Below are positions 62,270 through 64,000 of a stretch of 64,000 nucleotides of DNA, piece by piece. Each line of letters starts with the position of its first letter. Within the stretch, counting starts at the first letter, position 1. The stretch lies in assembly GCA_038087875.1 (NCBI GenBank), contig JAXLNO010000126.1, positions 1-64,000 on the forward strand, written 5' to 3'. Below the pieces are notes generated by a model. That model was not told the DNA's origin, did no database searches, and was given only the letters and a program-made list of their open reading frames with translations. Source of the DNA: Malacoraja senta. Lineage: Eukaryota. A program made the position numbers and the translations under genes.

Positions 62270-64000
62270 TTTTATGTCGAAGTCACGTGAGTGACTACGT
62301 GAAGAGCCCGCCAGCCCGCATGCGCGCCAATACGTCGACGCATGGCGGCGGGAATCGGAACAGTTCGAAACTGCTCTTGCAAGCAAGCCAAATTTGTTTC
62401 AGGAACGGGCCGCTGGAGTCAGCGGGCCGGAGTAGGTGAGCGGTTGCCGCCGTTGGAGCTCCGAACTGAAGCAGGCGGCCGAATTTGGAGCCGCCCTAGA
62501 GGCTCCGTAAGGAGTTGGCGGGGCGGCTGCCGGCGCAGCCAGGTCAGCGATCGCTGCAAAAGATTAGCAGCAGCCGGTGGTTTTAAAAATAGCCGCGGCC
62601 AGGACAGCGACCGCCAGGTAAACTCAGCTGCCGGAGCACCTAGCAATTTTAAACATAGAGGCTGCCGGCTGAGGCAGCATACTCTGCAGCGTATAGTGTA
62701 TGCTCTATTTATAGGGCAGCTATAAATAGAGCTGGCAGGTTTTTAATAGCGGTTGCCGCTCGGTCACGTGTGTGACTATCGTAGCAGATAGGATATAAAA
62801 GATACAAAGGACATTTGTTATCACATACACCAAATGGTGTAGTGAAATTTGACTTGCCATTGCGGCACAGAATGGGGCTCCACTGGAGCAGGCGGCTGTT
62901 CAGCGCATCTCACGGGCAATGCCTGTACAGATTAATGCTCCGAAAGGGAGTCAGCCAGAGGACTGAGGAGGCAACGCCTTGGTTCAGGGTTGCGTTCTAT
63001 TTCCTCCCCTAAGAAACTCCGTAGAGGCTCCAGAAAGGAGCTCCTGCTTAGGAAGCTTTTTGAGCTGTGTCTGTCAGACACCTGTGGGAGCAACACCTGG
63101 TTTACTGTTGTGTAATGATAATTTCCGCTCAGTAGAGGGGACTGTTGGAGATTCTTTCATAAGTAACTCCAACTATGTGGATATCGATAGAGCAGTCGAA
63201 TCTCTGATCTAATGGGGATATTATTCTTTTTACTCATATGAACAAACTATGCTCCATGTACCGGAGGCATTAACAGGCGGCTCCAGCCATATGCCTGTGA
63301 CAACACCTGGCAGGGTGGCAGTATTCCTCCCACTCTGTCAAGGGGAGTATCAAAGAGAGTGACTCCGATAATGATGCCGGCTCATCCAGGTCATATGGGG
63401 CCAGAGGCCTGAGGTAGCAATGCCTGGTTCAGGGTTGCGCTCTTATTTCCTCCCCTGAAATACTCCGTTGAGGCTCCAGAAGGGAGCTAGGACTCGGAGT
63501 CACAAACAGGTGCAACCTGTCTGGTAAGTACAATAAATAATGATGATTTATACCGACAGCAGAGGACCGCGGCAGTGCGGAAAGCCGACGGCCACTTCGG
63601 AGTCGCTGACAGTGCCAATCTGCACAGCTAGTTCCGATTCGGCTCCTAGAGGGAGCAGCTGGGCAACCCCCGAGTCGGGGCAAAGCCAAAGCCAAGTTCT
63701 GTGAAGTCTGTGAGACAAGTGCTATCGGACGATTCGGGACAAGAGGATTCTGTCCCCACATCTATGGCAGAGGTGATTGGCCGTTTGTCTCAATTGGAAC
63801 ATCTGATGGATCAGATGGTGGCACAAAATATGCACGGTGTTACGGAGGCATGCACAGACAGTTCGAGTCATACACCTGTATCAACGCCTGGTTCAGGGTT
63901 GCAATATTCCTCCCACTCGGATGAAGAAGGTGTCGGAGATGGTGGCACAAAATATGCTCCGTGTTACGGAGGCTTGCACAGGCAGTTCGAGTCATACCCC
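62270..64000 (+). mobile_element. 5' part of a fourth DIRS1-like element, running out of the window
   Basis: GTCACGTGAGTGACTACGTGAAGAGCCCG left-ITR motif. Internal repeats CCTGGTTCAGGGTTGC at ~62978, 63423 and 63887. Confidence 0.75.

Overview
Repeat-dense vertebrate DNA. The mix of CR1, Penelope, DIRS and Helitron elements looks like a cartilaginous fish such as a skate or ray (inference). The very long ORFs are artefacts of three satellites (6350-9405, 22209-28513, 28663-29418). Manual splice-site reading gave three host-gene remnants that the ORF track does not show as genes. (1) A + strand NUSAP1 fragment: cell-cycle promoter plus exons 1-2, with an in-frame TAG. (2) A - strand Ig-superfamily receptor gene (28579->10497): signal peptide, cysteine-less V domain, truncated C2 domain, short cytoplasmic exons and an ITIM exon, but no visible transmembrane exon. 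(3) Two - strand hydrophobic exons (62133-62005, 59762-59682) of a second, possibly multi-pass, membrane protein. Mobile DNA includes four DIRS1-type elements, Penelope-like elements carrying hammerhead ribozyme motifs, many CR1 LINEs (one near full length), a P/THAP-type transposon family, a Harbinger-type MITE and a Helitron. A ~9.8 kb inversion (43257-53072) splits a CR1. All calls are by eye; no database search was run.
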